Shown one piece after another: positions 32,712 through 43,233 of a DNA stretch of 64,000 nucleotides. The translations under genes were made by a program, and so were the position numbers. A model generated the notes under the pieces. The model saw only the letters and a program-made list of their open reading frames with translations. It was not told the DNA's origin and ran no database searches. Origin of the DNA: Actinomycetes bacterium (GTDB taxonomy: Bacteria; Actinomycetota; Actinomycetes; Mycobacteriales; Mycobacteriaceae); assembly GCA_023404955.1 (NCBI GenBank), contig JAEXZY010000152.1, positions 8,716 through 72,715 on the forward strand. Direction: 5' to 3'. Position 1 is the first letter of the stretch, and each line of letters begins with the position of its first letter.

Positions 32712-34001
32712 ATGGCCGACAACAATCGGTTCATCCCGCCTCGCTCGACCGTCGAGGTGCTGGAGAACGTTCCGGACTCGGTGCTGCGCCGGCTCAGTCA
32801 GTACTCGGGCCGGCTGGCCACCGAAGCGGTGCAGGCGATGGGTGAACGGCTGCCCTTCTTCGCCGCACTCGAGGCATCCCAGCGCGCCAGCGTGCAGCTG
32901 GTGGTGCAGACAGCGGTGGTGAACTTCGTCGAGTGGATGCGCCACCCCGACAGCGACGTGAGCTACACGGCCCAGGCCTTCGAGGTCGTGCCGCAAGATC
33001 TGCGCCGCCGCATCGCGCTGCGCCAGTCAGTCGAGATGGTGCGGGTGACGATGGAGTTCTTCGAAGAGGTCGTGCCGCTGCTGGCGCGCAACGAGGAGCA
33101 GCTGGCCGCGCTGACCGCCGGCATCCTGCGCTACAGCCGCGACCTGGCGTTCGCCGCGGCCACCGCCTACGCCGACCAGGCCGAGGCCCGCGGCGCGTGG
33201 GACACGCGCATGGAGGCCAACCTGATCGACGCCGTCGTGCGTGGCGACATCGGACCCGATCTGCAGTCGCAGGCCGCGGCGCTGAACTGGGATGCCACTG
33301 CGGCGGCGACGGTGATCGTGGGCCTGCCGCGGCCCGACCGGCTCGATCTGACGTCAGAGGACGTGCACGACGTCGCGGCCCGCAACGGCCGCGCCGCGCT
33401 GGCCGACGTGCACGGCACCTGGTTGGTGACGGTGGTGTCGGGCGGGTTGTCGCACACCGACCGCTTCCTGACCGAGTTGATGACGGTGTTCGGCGACGGC
33501 CCCGTGGTCGTCGGGCCGATGGCGCCGACGCTGGGGGCGGCGCATCTGAGCGCCACCGAGGCGATCGCCGGGATGAACGCGGTCGCCGGCTGGGCCGGCG
33601 CGCCGAGGCCGGTGGCGGCGCGGGAACTGCTGCCCGAACGCGCACTACTGGGTGACGCCACGGCCGCGGCCGCCCTGGAGGCGGAGGTGATGAGGCCGCT
33701 GGCCGATGCCGGCCCGACGCTGATGGAGACGCTGGACGCCTACCTGGACTCGGGGGGTGCGATCGAAGCGTGCGCTCGCAAATTGTTCGTTCATCCAAAT
33801 ACGGTCCGCTACCGGCTCAAACGAATCGCCGACTTCACCGGCCGTGACGCCACCGTTCCTCGGGATGCCTATGTGCTGCGGATCGCGTCGACGGTGGGCC
33901 GATTGAGCCGTCAGGGCCAGTCCAGCTCGTCGTCGGGTCCGGGAACTAGCCAGGTCGACGCTGTTGCATCGGTCACAGCTGGCGCGCGTCTGCCGAGGTG
34001 A
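32712..34001 (+). CDS. mabR: PucR-family mycolic acid biosynthesis regulator (Rv2242)
   Basis: ARGAWD, ARKLFVHPNTVRYRL; directly upstream of fabD. Confidence 0.93.
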   Translation: MADNNRFIPPRSTVEVLENVPDSVLRRLSQYSGRLATEAVQAMGERLPFFAALEASQRASVQLVVQTAVVNFVEWMRHPDSDVSYTAQAFEVVPQDLRRRIALRQSVEMVRVTMEFFEEVVPLLARNEEQLAALTAGILRYSRDLAFAAATAYADQAEARGAWDTRMEANLIDAVVRGDIGPDLQSQAAALNWDATAAATVIVGLPRPDRLDLTSEDVHDVAARNGRAALADVHGTWLVTVVSGGLSHTDRFLTELMTVFGDGPVVVGPMAPTLGAAHLSATEAIAGMNAVAGWAGAPRPVAARELLPERALLGDATAAAALEAEVMRPLADAGPTLMETLDAYLDSGGAIEACARKLFVHPNTVRYRLKRIADFTGRDATVPRDAYVLRIASTVGRLSRQGQSSSSSGPGTSQVDAVASVTAGARLPR

Positions 34002-34042
34002 CATATTGCGCTTGGGTCTCGATGATGTCCCATCACATGCGG

Positions 34043-34063
34043 ATTTGTGGGCTCTCCACAAAA
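34043..34063. promoter_or_regulatory. MabR binding site upstream of fabD
   Basis: ATTTGT-gggctctcc-ACAAAA, one mismatch to TTTTGT-N9-ACAAAA. Confidence 0.8.
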
Positions 34064-34129
34064 ACCTAAGAAAGAGTTCATAGTCTCTTACACGGCGCAA
34101 AACCGTCTTCACAATGTTTTCTTAGAGAC

Positions 34130-35068
34130 GTGCCTGACAAGACTGTGCTTGCATTCCTCGCGCCCGGACAGGGCTCCCAGACCCCCGGCATGCTCGCCGA
34201 GTGGCTGGAGCTGCCCGGTGCATCGGAGCGCATCGCAGCGTGGTCGGAGATCAGCGGCCTGGACCTGGCCCGCCTGGGCACCACCGCCGATGCGCAGGAG
34301 ATCACCGACACCGCGGTGACCCAGCCACTGGTCGTCGCAGCCACGCTGCTGGCCTACGAAGAGCTCACGCGCCGCGGCGTGGTGACCGGTGACGAGGAGA
34401 TCGTTGCCGCCGGACATTCGGTCGGCGAGATCGCGGCCTACGCGATCGCCGGCGTCATCACCGCCGATGAGGCCGTGTCCCTGGCCGCGACCCGCGGCCG
34501 GGAGATGGCCAAGGCCTGCGCCGTGGAGCCCACCGGGATGTCCGCCCTGCTGGGTGGCGACGAAGCCGAGGTGCTCGCCCGGCTCGAGGCCCTCGACCTG
34601 GTTCCGGCCAACCGCAACGCCGCCGGGCAGATCGTCGCCGCCGGCGCCACCGCCGCACTCGAGAAGCTCGCCGAAGACCCGCCGGCCCGCGCCCGCGTCC
34701 GCCCGCTGGCCACCGCCGGCGCGTTCCACACCCGCTACATGGAGCCCGCGCTGGCCGAATACACCGTCGTCGCGGACCGGATCACCCCGGCGGAGCCGGC
34801 GGTGACGCTGCTGTCGAACGCCGACGGCCGGCCGGTCGCCTCCGCGCACGACGCGATGACCAAGCTCGTCGCCCAGATGACCCGCCCCGTGCGCTGGGAT
34901 CTGTGCACCGCCACCATGCGCGAGCTGGGGGTGACGGCACTCGTGGAGTTCCCGCCGGCGGGCACGCTGTCCGGGATCGCCAAGCGGGAGCTCAAGGGCA
35001 CCCCGACCCATCCCATCAAGACCCCCGCCGACCTGGACGGACTCGCGCAGGCACTGCGCACCGTCTGA
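34130..35068 (+). CDS. fabD: Malonyl-CoA:ACP transacylase
   Basis: PGQGSQ, GHSVGE, GAFHT; alternative GTG start at 34145. Confidence 0.96.
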   Translation: MPDKTVLAFLAPGQGSQTPGMLAEWLELPGASERIAAWSEISGLDLARLGTTADAQEITDTAVTQPLVVAATLLAYEELTRRGVVTGDEEIVAAGHSVGEIAAYAIAGVITADEAVSLAATRGREMAKACAVEPTGMSALLGGDEAEVLARLEALDLVPANRNAAGQIVAAGATAALEKLAEDPPARARVRPLATAGAFHTRYMEPALAEYTVVADRITPAEPAVTLLSNADGRPVASAHDAMTKLVAQMTRPVRWDLCTATMRELGVTALVEFPPAGTLSGIAKRELKGTPTHPIKTPADLDGLAQALRTV

Positions 35069-35133
35069 ACCGGCACCATGCAACAACCGAACGTTTCACC
35101 CCAGGTAACACCCGATAAATAGAAGGAGCCACT

Positions 35134-35430
35134 GTGCCCGCCTCTCAGGAAGAAATCATCGCCGGTCTCGCCGAGATCATCGAAGAAGTGACCGGCATCG
35201 AGCCGTCTGAGGTCACCCCCGAGAAGAGCTTCGTCGACGACCTGGACATCGACTCGCTGTCGATGGTCGAGATCGCCGTGCAGACCGAGGACAAGTACGG
35301 CGTGAAGATCCCCGACGAGGACCTCGCCGGTCTGCGCACCGTCGGTGACGTCGTCGCCTACATCCAGAAGCTCGAGGAAGAGAACCCCGAGGCTGCTGCC
35401 GCGCTGCGCGAGAAGTTCGCCGCAGAATGA
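35134..35430 (+). CDS. acpM: Meromycolate acyl carrier protein
   Basis: [12 protein letters not shown]-terminal extension; AAGGAG RBS. Confidence 0.98.
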   Translation: MPASQEEIIAGLAEIIEEVTGIEPSEVTPEKSFVDDLDIDSLSMVEIAVQTEDKYGVKIPDEDLAGLRTVGDVVAYIQKLEEENPEAAAALREKFAAE

Positions 35431-36677
35431 CACGTCCTTCCACTGCTAACGGCGGGTTCCCGAGTGTCGTGGTGACCGCCATCGAGGCCACCACGTCGCT
35501 TGCAGGCGACATCGAGAGCACGTGGAAGGGCCTGCTGGCGGGCGAGAGCGGCATCCGCGTCCTCGAGGATGAGTTCGTCACCAAGTGGGACCTTCCGGTG
35601 CGTATCGGCGGTCACCTGGTCGACGACGTCGACAGCCACATGACTCGCATCGACATGCGCCGCATGTCCTACGTGCAGCGCATGTCGAAGCTGTTGGCCG
35701 GTCGACTCTGGGAGAACGCGGGCAAGCCCGAGGTCGACCCGGACCGGTTCGCCGTCATCATCGGCACCGGTCTGGGTGGCGGCGAGAAGATCGTCGAGAC
35801 CTATGACGCGATGAACGAGGGCGGGCCCCGCAAGGTGTCTCCGCTCGCCGTTCAGATGATCATGCCCAACGGTGCGGCGGCGGTCGCCGGTCTGGAACTG
35901 GGCGCCCGCGCCGGGGTCATCACCCCGGTGTCGGCGTGCTCGTCCGGCTCGGAGGCCATCGCCCACGGTTGGCGTCAGCTCGTCATGGGCGACGCGGACT
36001 TCGCCGTCGTGGGTGGCGTGGAAGGCGGCATCGAGGCACTGCCCATCGCGGCGTTCTCGATGATGCGCGCCATGTCGACCCGCAACGACGAGCCGGAGCG
36101 CGCGTCGCGGCCGTTCGACAAGAACCGGGACGGCTTCGTCTTCGGCGAGGCGGGCGCGATGATGATCATCGAGACCGAGGAGCATGCCTTGGCCCGTGGC
36201 GCCAAGCCGCTGGCTCGCCTGATGGGCGCCGGCATCACCTCCGACGCGTTCCACATGGTGGCTCCGGCCGCCGACGGCAGCCGAGCCGGTCATGCGATGA
36301 AGCGGGCGATGGAGACCGCGGGCCTGTCCGCCAAGGACATCTCGCACGTCAACGCGCACGCCACCGCCACGCCGATCGGTGACACCGCGGAGGCCAACGC
36401 CATCCGTGTCGCCGGTGTGGAGCACGCCGCGGTCTATGCGCCGAAGTCGGCGCTGGGCCACTCGATCGGCGCCGTGGGCGCGCTGGAGTCGGCGCTGACC
36501 GTGCTGGCCCTGCGTGACGGGGTCATCCCTCCGACGCTCAACTACGAGACGCCGGACCCGGAGATCGATCTCGACGTCGTCGCGGGCGAGCCACGGTATG
36601 GCGACTATCAGTACGCCATCAACAACTCGTTCGGTTTCGGCGGCCACAATGTGGCTCTGGCCTTCGGCCGCTACTAG
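35427..36677 (+). CDS. kasA: Beta-ketoacyl-ACP synthase KasA
   Basis: [33 protein letters not shown]. Confidence 0.97.
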   Translation: MTRPSTANGGFPSVVVTAIEATTSLAGDIESTWKGLLAGESGIRVLEDEFVTKWDLPVRIGGHLVDDVDSHMTRIDMRRMSYVQRMSKLLAGRLWENAGKPEVDPDRFAVIIGTGLGGGEKIVETYDAMNEGGPRKVSPLAVQMIMPNGAAAVAGLELGARAGVITPVSACSSGSEAIAHGWRQLVMGDADFAVVGGVEGGIEALPIAAFSMMRAMSTRNDEPERASRPFDKNRDGFVFGEAGAMMIIETEEHALARGAKPLARLMGAGITSDAFHMVAPAADGSRAGHAMKRAMETAGLSAKDISHVNAHATATPIGDTAEANAIRVAGVEHAAVYAPKSALGHSIGAVGALESALTVLALRDGVIPPTLNYETPDPEIDLDVVAGEPRYGDYQYAINNSFGFGGHNVALAFGRY

Positions 36678-36719
36678 ACACGACGAGTTCACGAAAACCG
36701 AGAGGACACGCGTCTGAGC

Positions 36720-37973
36720 ATGGCTGCACCGACAACAGGGAACGGACTCCCCGACGTCGTCGTGACCGGCATGGCCATGACGACGAGCGTCGCCACCGAT
36801 GCCGAGGGCACCTGGGCGGCGCTGCTGGAGGGCAAGAGCGGCATCCGCCTGCTCGATGACCCCTTCGTCGAGGAGTTCGACCTGCCGGTGAAGATCGGTG
36901 GCCATCTTCTCGAGGATTTCGTGGGGGAACTGACGACGGACGAGAACCGTCGGATGTCGTACCCGCAGAAGATGGCGACCGTGCTCGGGCGTCGTGTCTG
37001 GGAGAACGCCGGGTCCCCCGAGGTCGACACCAGCCGCCTGCTGGTGTCGATCGGGACCGGCCTCGGCGGTGCCGAGGCGCTGGTGTTCGCCTACGACGGT
37101 ATGCGGGAAACGGGCATCGAAGCCGTGTCCCCGCTGTCGGTGCAGATGTACATGCCAAACGGCCCGTCGGCCGTGGTCGGCCTGGATCGCGGCGCCAAGG
37201 CCGGGGTGGTCACCCCGGTCTCGGCGTGCGCGTCCGGCTCCGAGGGCATCGCGCAGGCATGGCGCAACATCGTGCTCGGTGAGGCCGACATCGCGATCTG
37301 CGGCGGTGTCGAGCAGCGCATCGAGGCCGTGCCGATCGCCGGCTTCGCGCAGATGCGCATCGTGATGTCGACCAACAACGACGATCCCGCCGGCGCGTGC
37401 CGTCCGTTCGACAAGGACCGGGACGGCTTCGTGTTCGGCGAGGCCGGTGCGCTGATGGTCATCGAGACCGAAGAGCACGCCAAGGCGCGCGGCGCCACGA
37501 TCCTGGCGCGCGTGATGGGCGCCAGCATCACCTCCGACGGCTTCCACATGGTCGCGCCCGACCCCAACGGTGAGCGGGCCGGCTATGCGATGTCCCGCGC
37601 GATCGAGCTGGCGGGCCTGCAGCCGTCCGACATTGACCACGTCAACGCGCACGCCACCGGCACCAGCGTCGGCGACGTCGCCGAGGGTCACGCGATCAAC
37701 AACGCGATGCGCGGGCACCGGCCTGCGGTCTACGCACCGAAGTCCGCGCTGGGCCACTCGGTCGGCGCGGTCGGGGCCGTGGAATCGATCCTCACGGTGC
37801 AGGCGCTGCGTAACGGCGTCATCCCCCCCACACTCAATTTGAAGAACCTCGATCCCGAGATCGACCTCGACGTCGTCGCGGGCGGCCCCCGGCCGGGCAA
37901 CTACACCTATGCCATCAACAATTCGTTCGGTTTCGGCGGGCACAACGTCGCACTCGCCTTCGGCAGATACTGA
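36720..37973 (+). CDS. kasB: Beta-ketoacyl-ACP synthase KasB
   Basis: SACASG, NAHATG, GHS; second KS in operon. Confidence 0.97.
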   Translation: MAAPTTGNGLPDVVVTGMAMTTSVATDAEGTWAALLEGKSGIRLLDDPFVEEFDLPVKIGGHLLEDFVGELTTDENRRMSYPQKMATVLGRRVWENAGSPEVDTSRLLVSIGTGLGGAEALVFAYDGMRETGIEAVSPLSVQMYMPNGPSAVVGLDRGAKAGVVTPVSACASGSEGIAQAWRNIVLGEADIAICGGVEQRIEAVPIAGFAQMRIVMSTNNDDPAGACRPFDKDRDGFVFGEAGALMVIETEEHAKARGATILARVMGASITSDGFHMVAPDPNGERAGYAMSRAIELAGLQPSDIDHVNAHATGTSVGDVAEGHAINNAMRGHRPAVYAPKSALGHSVGAVGAVESILTVQALRNGVIPPTLNLKNLDPEIDLDVVAGGPRPGNYTYAINNSFGFGGHNVALAFGRY

Positions 37974-37988
37974 AAGCAGGAGACATTC

Positions 37989-39419
37989 ATGACCACCATC
38001 GAGAATCGCCCCGCCACCGACGTCAACGAGTCCCTCGATCCGCGCGACCCGATGCTGCGCCTGGCGACGTTCTTCGATGACGGCAGCGTCGAGCTGCTGC
38101 ACGAGCGCGACAAGTCCGGCGTGCTGGCTGCCGCCGGCACCGTCAACGGCGTGCGCACGATCGCGTTCTGCACCGACGGCACCGTGATGGGCGGCGCGAT
38201 GGGTGTCGACGGGTGCAAGCACATCGTCGACGCCTACGACGTCGCGATCGACGAGCAGAGCCCGATCGTCGGCATCTGGCATTCGGGCGGCGCGCGGCTG
38301 GCCGAGGGCGTCAAGGCGCTGCACGCGGTCGGCCTGGTCTTCGAGGCGATGATCCGCGCGTCCGGGTACATCCCGCAGATCTCCGTGGTCGTCGGCTTCG
38401 CCGCCGGCGGTGCCGCCTACGGCCCCGCGCTGACCGACGTCATCATCATGGCGCCCGACAGCAAGGTGTTCGTCACCGGACCCGACGTCGTGCGCAGCGT
38501 GACCGGCGAGGACGTCGACATGGTCTCCCTCGGCGGTCCCGAGGCCCACCACAAGAAGTCCGGCGTGTGCCACATCGTCGCCGACGACGAGCTCGACGCC
38601 TACGAGCGCGGCCGCCGCCTGGTCGGGCTGTTCTGCCAGCAGGGCCACTTCGACCGCACCAAGGCCGAGGCCGGTGACACCGACCTCAAGGCGCTGCTGC
38701 CCGAGTCGGCGCGCCGCGCCTACGACGTGCACCCGCTGGTCGAGGCGCTTCTCGACGACGGTGTGCCGTTCGAGGAGTTCCAGTCGCGCTGGGCCCCGTC
38801 GATCGTCGTCGGGTTGGGCCGGCTCGCCGGTCGCACCGTCGGCGTGATCGCGAACAACCCGCTGCGTTTGGGCGGCTGCCTGAACTCCGAAAGTGCCGAG
38901 AAGTCGGCCCGCTTCGTGCGGCTGTGCGACGCGTTCGGCATCCCGCTGGTCGTCGTCGTCGACGTGCCGGGCTACCTGCCGGGTGTGGATCAGGAGTGGG
39001 GCGGCGTGGTCCGTCGCGGCGCCAAGCTTCTGCACGCGTTCGGCGAGAGCTCGGTGCCGCGCGTCACGCTGGTCACCCGCAAGATCTACGGCGGCGCGTA
39101 CATCGCGATGAATTCGCGGTCGCTGAACGCCACCAAGGTGTTCGCGTGGCCCGAGGCCGAGGTCGCGGTGATGGGCGCCAAGGCTGCCGTCGGCATCCTG
39201 CACAAGAAGAAGCTGGCCGCCGCCGCCCCCGAGGAGCGCGAGTCGCTGCACGAGGCGCTGGCCATCGAGCACGAGAAGATCGCCGGTGGCGTGGACTCCG
39301 CGATCGAGATCGGCGTGGTGGACGAGAAGATCGACCCCGCCCACACCCGCTCGAAGCTGACCCAGGCGCTGGCCGAGGCGCCGATGCGCCGCGGCCGCCA
39401 CAAGAACATCCCGCTGTAA
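37989..39419 (+). CDS. accD6: Acyl-CoA carboxylase beta subunit
   Basis: SGGARLAEG, DVPGYLPG, HKNIPL. Confidence 0.96.
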   Translation: MTTIENRPATDVNESLDPRDPMLRLATFFDDGSVELLHERDKSGVLAAAGTVNGVRTIAFCTDGTVMGGAMGVDGCKHIVDAYDVAIDEQSPIVGIWHSGGARLAEGVKALHAVGLVFEAMIRASGYIPQISVVVGFAAGGAAYGPALTDVIIMAPDSKVFVTGPDVVRSVTGEDVDMVSLGGPEAHHKKSGVCHIVADDELDAYERGRRLVGLFCQQGHFDRTKAEAGDTDLKALLPESARRAYDVHPLVEALLDDGVPFEEFQSRWAPSIVVGLGRLAGRTVGVIANNPLRLGGCLNSESAEKSARFVRLCDAFGIPLVVVVDVPGYLPGVDQEWGGVVRRGAKLLHAFGESSVPRVTLVTRKIYGGAYIAMNSRSLNATKVFAWPEAEVAVMGAKAAVGILHKKKLAAAAPEERESLHEALAIEHEKIAGGVDSAIEIGVVDEKIDPAHTRSKLTQALAEAPMRRGRHKNIPL

Positions 39420-39440
39420 GGGTCACTTCTCCCCCGCGAG

Positions 39441-39490
39441 CAGACACGAACTCGAGTGATTCCGGCCGGAATCACTCGAGTTCGTGTCTG
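39441..39490. repeat. Perfect 50-bp palindrome between convergent genes (REP-like / bidirectional terminator)
   Basis: CAGACACGAACTCGAGTGATTCCGG|CCGGAATCACTCGAGTTCGTGTCTG. Confidence 0.92.
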
Positions 39491-39491
39491 T

Positions 39492-41024
39492 TCAGCGGCT
39501 GTGGGCGAGCATCTCCTGAGCCGCCGGTAGCGCGCGCTCGCGGTCGGCGGCCACCAGGCCGATGCGCGTGCGCCGGTCGAGGATGTCGTCGACGTTCAGC
39601 GCGCCTTCATGCGTGACGGCGTACTCGAACTCCGCCCGCGTGACATCGATACCCTCGGCGACGGGGGCGATGGGGCGCGAGCATGTAGCGCGCTCGATGA
39701 CGCTGGACGCTTCGGCGCCGTAGCGGGCAACCAGCGACACCGGCAGGTCTCCTGAAAGGCTCTGCGCCGCAGAGGGATTCGCAGGTGCACCGACGAGCGG
39801 CAGGTCTCGGGTGCGGCATGGCCCGGCGCCGAGCCCGCGCAATGCCACCGCGCGATCCACGACATCTTCGGCCATGAACCGATATTCGGTCAGCTTGCCA
39901 CCGATCACGCTCAGCACACCGCTCGGCGACTCGGTGACCGCGTGCTCGCGCGATACGTCGGCGGTGCGGCCGGCGCCGGTGTCGATCAACGGGCGCAGCC
40001 CGGCGTAGCTGCCGACCACATCCGCAGGCCCGAGGGAAGTCGCCAGCGCCGTGTTCACCGTGTCGAGCAGGAACTGCACCTCCTGCGCCGTCGGCTCAGG
40101 TACGTCGGGGATCGCGCCCGGGGCGTCTTCGTCGGTCAGACCCAGGTAGACGCGGCCCAGCTGTTCGGGCATCGCGAACACGAACCTGTTGATCTCCCCC
40201 GGTATCGGAATCGTCAGCGCCGCAGTCGGATTGCCGAACGATGCCGCGTCGAACACCAGATGGGTGCCGCGGCTGGGCCGCAGCCGCAACGACGTGTCGA
40301 TCTGCCCGGCCCAGACGCCGGTGGCGTTGACCACTGCGCGCGCCGACACCTGCAGCGTCTCCCCCGACAGACTGTCGGTCAACGTCACGGAGGTACGCGA
40401 CGCCGCACTCGCCTCGACCCGGGTGAGGATGCGGGCGCCGTGCTGCGCGGCGGTCCGCGCCGCCGCGGTGACCAGGCGCGCGTCGTCGATCAGCTGTCCG
40501 TCGTAGGCCAGCAATGCTCCGTCCAGGCCGTCGCGACGCACCGTCGGCGCCAACGCGACGGCTGCGGCCGCGCCGATCCGGCGGGATCGCGGCAACACCG
40601 ATGCGGGCGTGCCGGCCAGCGCTCGCAGCCCGTCTCCGGCGGCGAAGCCGAAACGCACCAGCGCGCGGGAGGCGCGGTTCATCTCGGGCAGCAGCGGCAC
40701 CAGTTGCGGCATCGCGTGCACGAGGTGGGGGGCGGTGCGCGTCATCAGGATTCCGCGCTCCACGGCACTGCGGCGGGCGATGCCGACGTTGCCGCTGGCG
40801 AGGTAGCGCAGACCGCCGTGCACCAGCTTGGAGCTCCACCGGCTGGTGCCGAATGCGAGGTCGTGCTTTTCGACCAGCGCCACCGACAGTCCGCGCGTCG
40901 CGGCGTCCAGCGCGATGCCGGCACCGGTGATACCGCCACCGATCACGAGCAGGTCCACCCGCGCACCGTCGCCGAGCTCGTGCAGCTCGGCGGTGCGCCG
41001 CTGCGCATTCAGTGCCGCGCTCAC
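39492..41024 (-). CDS. glpD: FAD-dependent glycerol-3-phosphate dehydrogenase (Rv2249c-like)
   Basis: IGGGITG, GTSRWSSKLVHGGLRYL, GGKLTEYR. Confidence 0.93.
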   Translation of the reverse strand: MSAALNAQRRTAELHELGDGARVDLLVIGGGITGAGIALDAATRGLSVALVEKHDLAFGTSRWSSKLVHGGLRYLASGNVGIARRSAVERGILMTRTAPHLVHAMPQLVPLLPEMNRASRALVRFGFAAGDGLRALAGTPASVLPRSRRIGAAAAVALAPTVRRDGLDGALLAYDGQLIDDARLVTAAARTAAQHGARILTRVEASAASRTSVTLTDSLSGETLQVSARAVVNATGVWAGQIDTSLRLRPSRGTHLVFDAASFGNPTAALTIPIPGEINRFVFAMPEQLGRVYLGLTDEDAPGAIPDVPEPTAQEVQFLLDTVNTALATSLGPADVVGSYAGLRPLIDTGAGRTADVSREHAVTESPSGVLSVIGGKLTEYRFMAEDVVDRAVALRGLGAGPCRTRDLPLVGAPANPSAAQSLSGDLPVSLVARYGAEASSVIERATCSRPIAPVAEGIDVTRAEFEYAVTHEGALNVDDILDRRTRIGLVAADRERALPAAQEMLAHSR

Positions 41025-41599
41025 GGGGCGAGGTATCCGTTGAGCGCGCGGGCCAGTTCGACGTTGATGGCCGTGGCGTCGAGCAGCTTTTCCACCATCT
41101 GCGCGGACTGGATCGTCGACTGTGTGATCAGCAGACACATCGCACCCATTTCATGCGGATCACCGGGGCGCACGCTGCCCTCCTCCTGACCGGCCTTGAT
41201 CGCCTCGGCCAGCGCATCGATGAGGATCTGCTGGCTGGTGCCCAGGCGTTCGGCGATGTAGACCATCGCCAGGTTGGGCGCGTTGCGGATCACCGACTGC
41301 ACGACCTCGTCGTTGCGCAGATGCTCGGCGACGGCCACCACGCGCTCGACGGTCGCCTCCCGGCCGACGCCGCGGTCGGGGACCTGCTCGAGCACCCCGG
41401 AGATGCGCACGGTCAGCAGCTCGGCGATCACCCAGCGGATGTCGGGCCAGCGGCGGTAGATGGTCGGGCGACTGACCCGCGCTCGTCGCGCGATCTCGGT
41501 CATGGTCGTCCGTTCGACGCCGTAGGCGAGGATGCACGCCGCCGCCGCATCGAGAATGCGCTTCTCGACACTCGAGTCGGAGTTACGGATTGACACCAT
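41021..41599 (-). CDS. TetR family regulator (Rv2250c-like)
   Basis: IARRARVSRPTIYRRW; GTGA overlap with glpD. Confidence 0.92.
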   Translation of the reverse strand: MVSIRNSDSSVEKRILDAAAACILAYGVERTTMTEIARRARVSRPTIYRRWPDIRWVIAELLTVRISGVLEQVPDRGVGREATVERVVAVAEHLRNDEVVQSVIRNAPNLAMVYIAERLGTSQQILIDALAEAIKAGQEEGSVRPGDPHEMGAMCLLITQSTIQSAQMVEKLLDATAINVELARALNGYLAP

Positions 41600-41616
41600 C
41601 TGTAATACTGTAACGC

Positions 41617-43233
41617 ATGTCTTCGCTCGCTGGCCAGTCCAACAGACCTCCGATGGCATGGAATGCCTGGGGCGATCCCGCCGCCGCGACACCCTTGTCG
41701 CCCGGAATCCGCTCCTTGCTCACCCAGGCGCTAAGCATCGACGCCGAGCCCGCCGCAGAGCCCACGCTCGAGCAGGTGAGGGTGCGGCCGTCGGCGCTCT
41801 CCCCGGGCGACCGGGAGGGGCTTGCCGCGATCGTCGGCGCCGAGCACGTCCTGATCGAGGACAGTGACCGGCTGCTGCGCGCAGGCGGCAAGTCGACGCT
41901 GGACCTGTTGCGCCGCAGGGACTTCGGCGTGCAGGACAGCCCGGACGCGGTGCTGGTGCCCGGTGATGACGACGAGGTGGCCGCGGTGTTGCGGTTCTGC
42001 GCCGACCACAGCATCGCCGTCGTGCCGTTCGGCGGCGGGACGAGCGTGGTCGGCGGCCTGGACCCGCTGCGGGGGGACTTCAAGGCCGTGGTGTCGGTGG
42101 ATCTTCGCCGGTTCGACGAGGTGCACTCGCTCGACGAGGTGTCCTGGGAGGTCGAACTCGGCGCCGGTCTGACAGGCCCGGATGCCGAGAAGCGGCTGGG
42201 CGACAGGGGTTTCTCGCTCGGCCACTTTCCGCAGAGCTTCTGCTTCGCCACGATCGGCGGGTTCGCCGCCACCCGCTCGTCGGGCCAGGATTCCGCGGGC
42301 TACGGCCGCTTCGACGACATGGTCCGCGGCCTGCGCGTGGTGACGCCGGCCGGGGTCCTCGACGTGGGTCGTGCTCCCGCGTCGGCCGCGGGACCGGACC
42401 TGCGTCAGGTCCTGCTCGGCTCCGAGGGCACGTTTGGCATCATCACCAAGGTCCGCGTGCGCGTGCACCCTGTGCCGGAAAGCACGCGGTACGAGGCGTG
42501 GTCGTTTCCCGACTTCGCCACCGGCGCTGCCGCATTGCGCGCCGTCGCGCAGACCGGCACCGGTCCCACGGTGATCAGGCTGTCCGACGAAGCGGAGACC
42601 GGGGTCAACCTGGCCACCACCGACAGCATCGGCGACGCACAGATCACCGGCGGCTGCCTGGCCATCACGGCCTTCGAGGGCAGCGAGGCCCACGTCGCCA
42701 GCCGGCACGCCGAGACCCGAGACCTGTTGAGCGCCAACGGCGGAACCTCACTCGGCGAGGGTCCCGCGCGCGCCTGGGAACACGGCCGGTTCAACGCGCC
42801 CTATCTGCGGGACGGCTTGCTGTCGGCGGGCGCGCTGTGCGAGACGCTGGAGACCGCGACCTCCTGGTCGAATGTCCCGACGCTGAAGGCCGCCGTCACC
42901 GACGCACTGACCCGCGCGCTGGCCGACTCGGGGACACCGGCACTGGTCCTGTGCCACATCTCGCACGTCTACCCCACTGGTGCATCGCTCTACTTCACCG
43001 TCGTGGCCGCCCAGCGCGGCAATCCGATCGAGCAGTGGCGCAGGGCCAAGACCGCGGCTTCCGAGGCGATGGTGCGCGTCGGCGCGACGATCACCCATCA
43101 TCACGCCGTGGGCGCCGACCACCGGCCCTGGATGCGTGACGAGGTCGGCGACCTCGGTGTCGCGGTGCTGCGGGCGGTCAAGGCCGCGCTCGACCCGACC
43201 GGAATCATGAACCCCGGCAAGCTGATTCCGTGA
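41617..43233 (+). CDS. FAD-binding oxidoreductase, alkyl-DHAP synthase-like (Rv2251-like)
   Basis: PFGGGTSVVGG, GHFPQS, GSEGTFG, HISHVY, THHHAVG, NPGK. Confidence 0.9.
   Translation: MSSLAGQSNRPPMAWNAWGDPAAATPLSPGIRSLLTQALSIDAEPAAEPTLEQVRVRPSALSPGDREGLAAIVGAEHVLIEDSDRLLRAGGKSTLDLLRRRDFGVQDSPDAVLVPGDDDEVAAVLRFCADHSIAVVPFGGGTSVVGGLDPLRGDFKAVVSVDLRRFDEVHSLDEVSWEVELGAGLTGPDAEKRLGDRGFSLGHFPQSFCFATIGGFAATRSSGQDSAGYGRFDDMVRGLRVVTPAGVLDVGRAPASAAGPDLRQVLLGSEGTFGIITKVRVRVHPVPESTRYEAWSFPDFATGAAALRAVAQTGTGPTVIRLSDEAETGVNLATTDSIGDAQITGGCLAITAFEGSEAHVASRHAETRDLLSANGGTSLGEGPARAWEHGRFNAPYLRDGLLSAGALCETLETATSWSNVPTLKAAVTDALTRALADSGTPALVLCHISHVYPTGASLYFTVVAAQRGNPIEQWRRAKTAASEAMVRVGATITHHHAVGADHRPWMRDEVGDLGVAVLRAVKAALDPTGIMNPGKLIP

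Noticed and set aside
35427..37973. kasA/kasB and hip1/caeB similarity as recent repeats
   Set aside because: Established ancient paralogue pairs
35358..39401. 1347-aa minus-strand ORF (also 29588-31246 and similar)
   Set aside because: Shadow of kasA-kasB-accD6 or aceE; no domain signal
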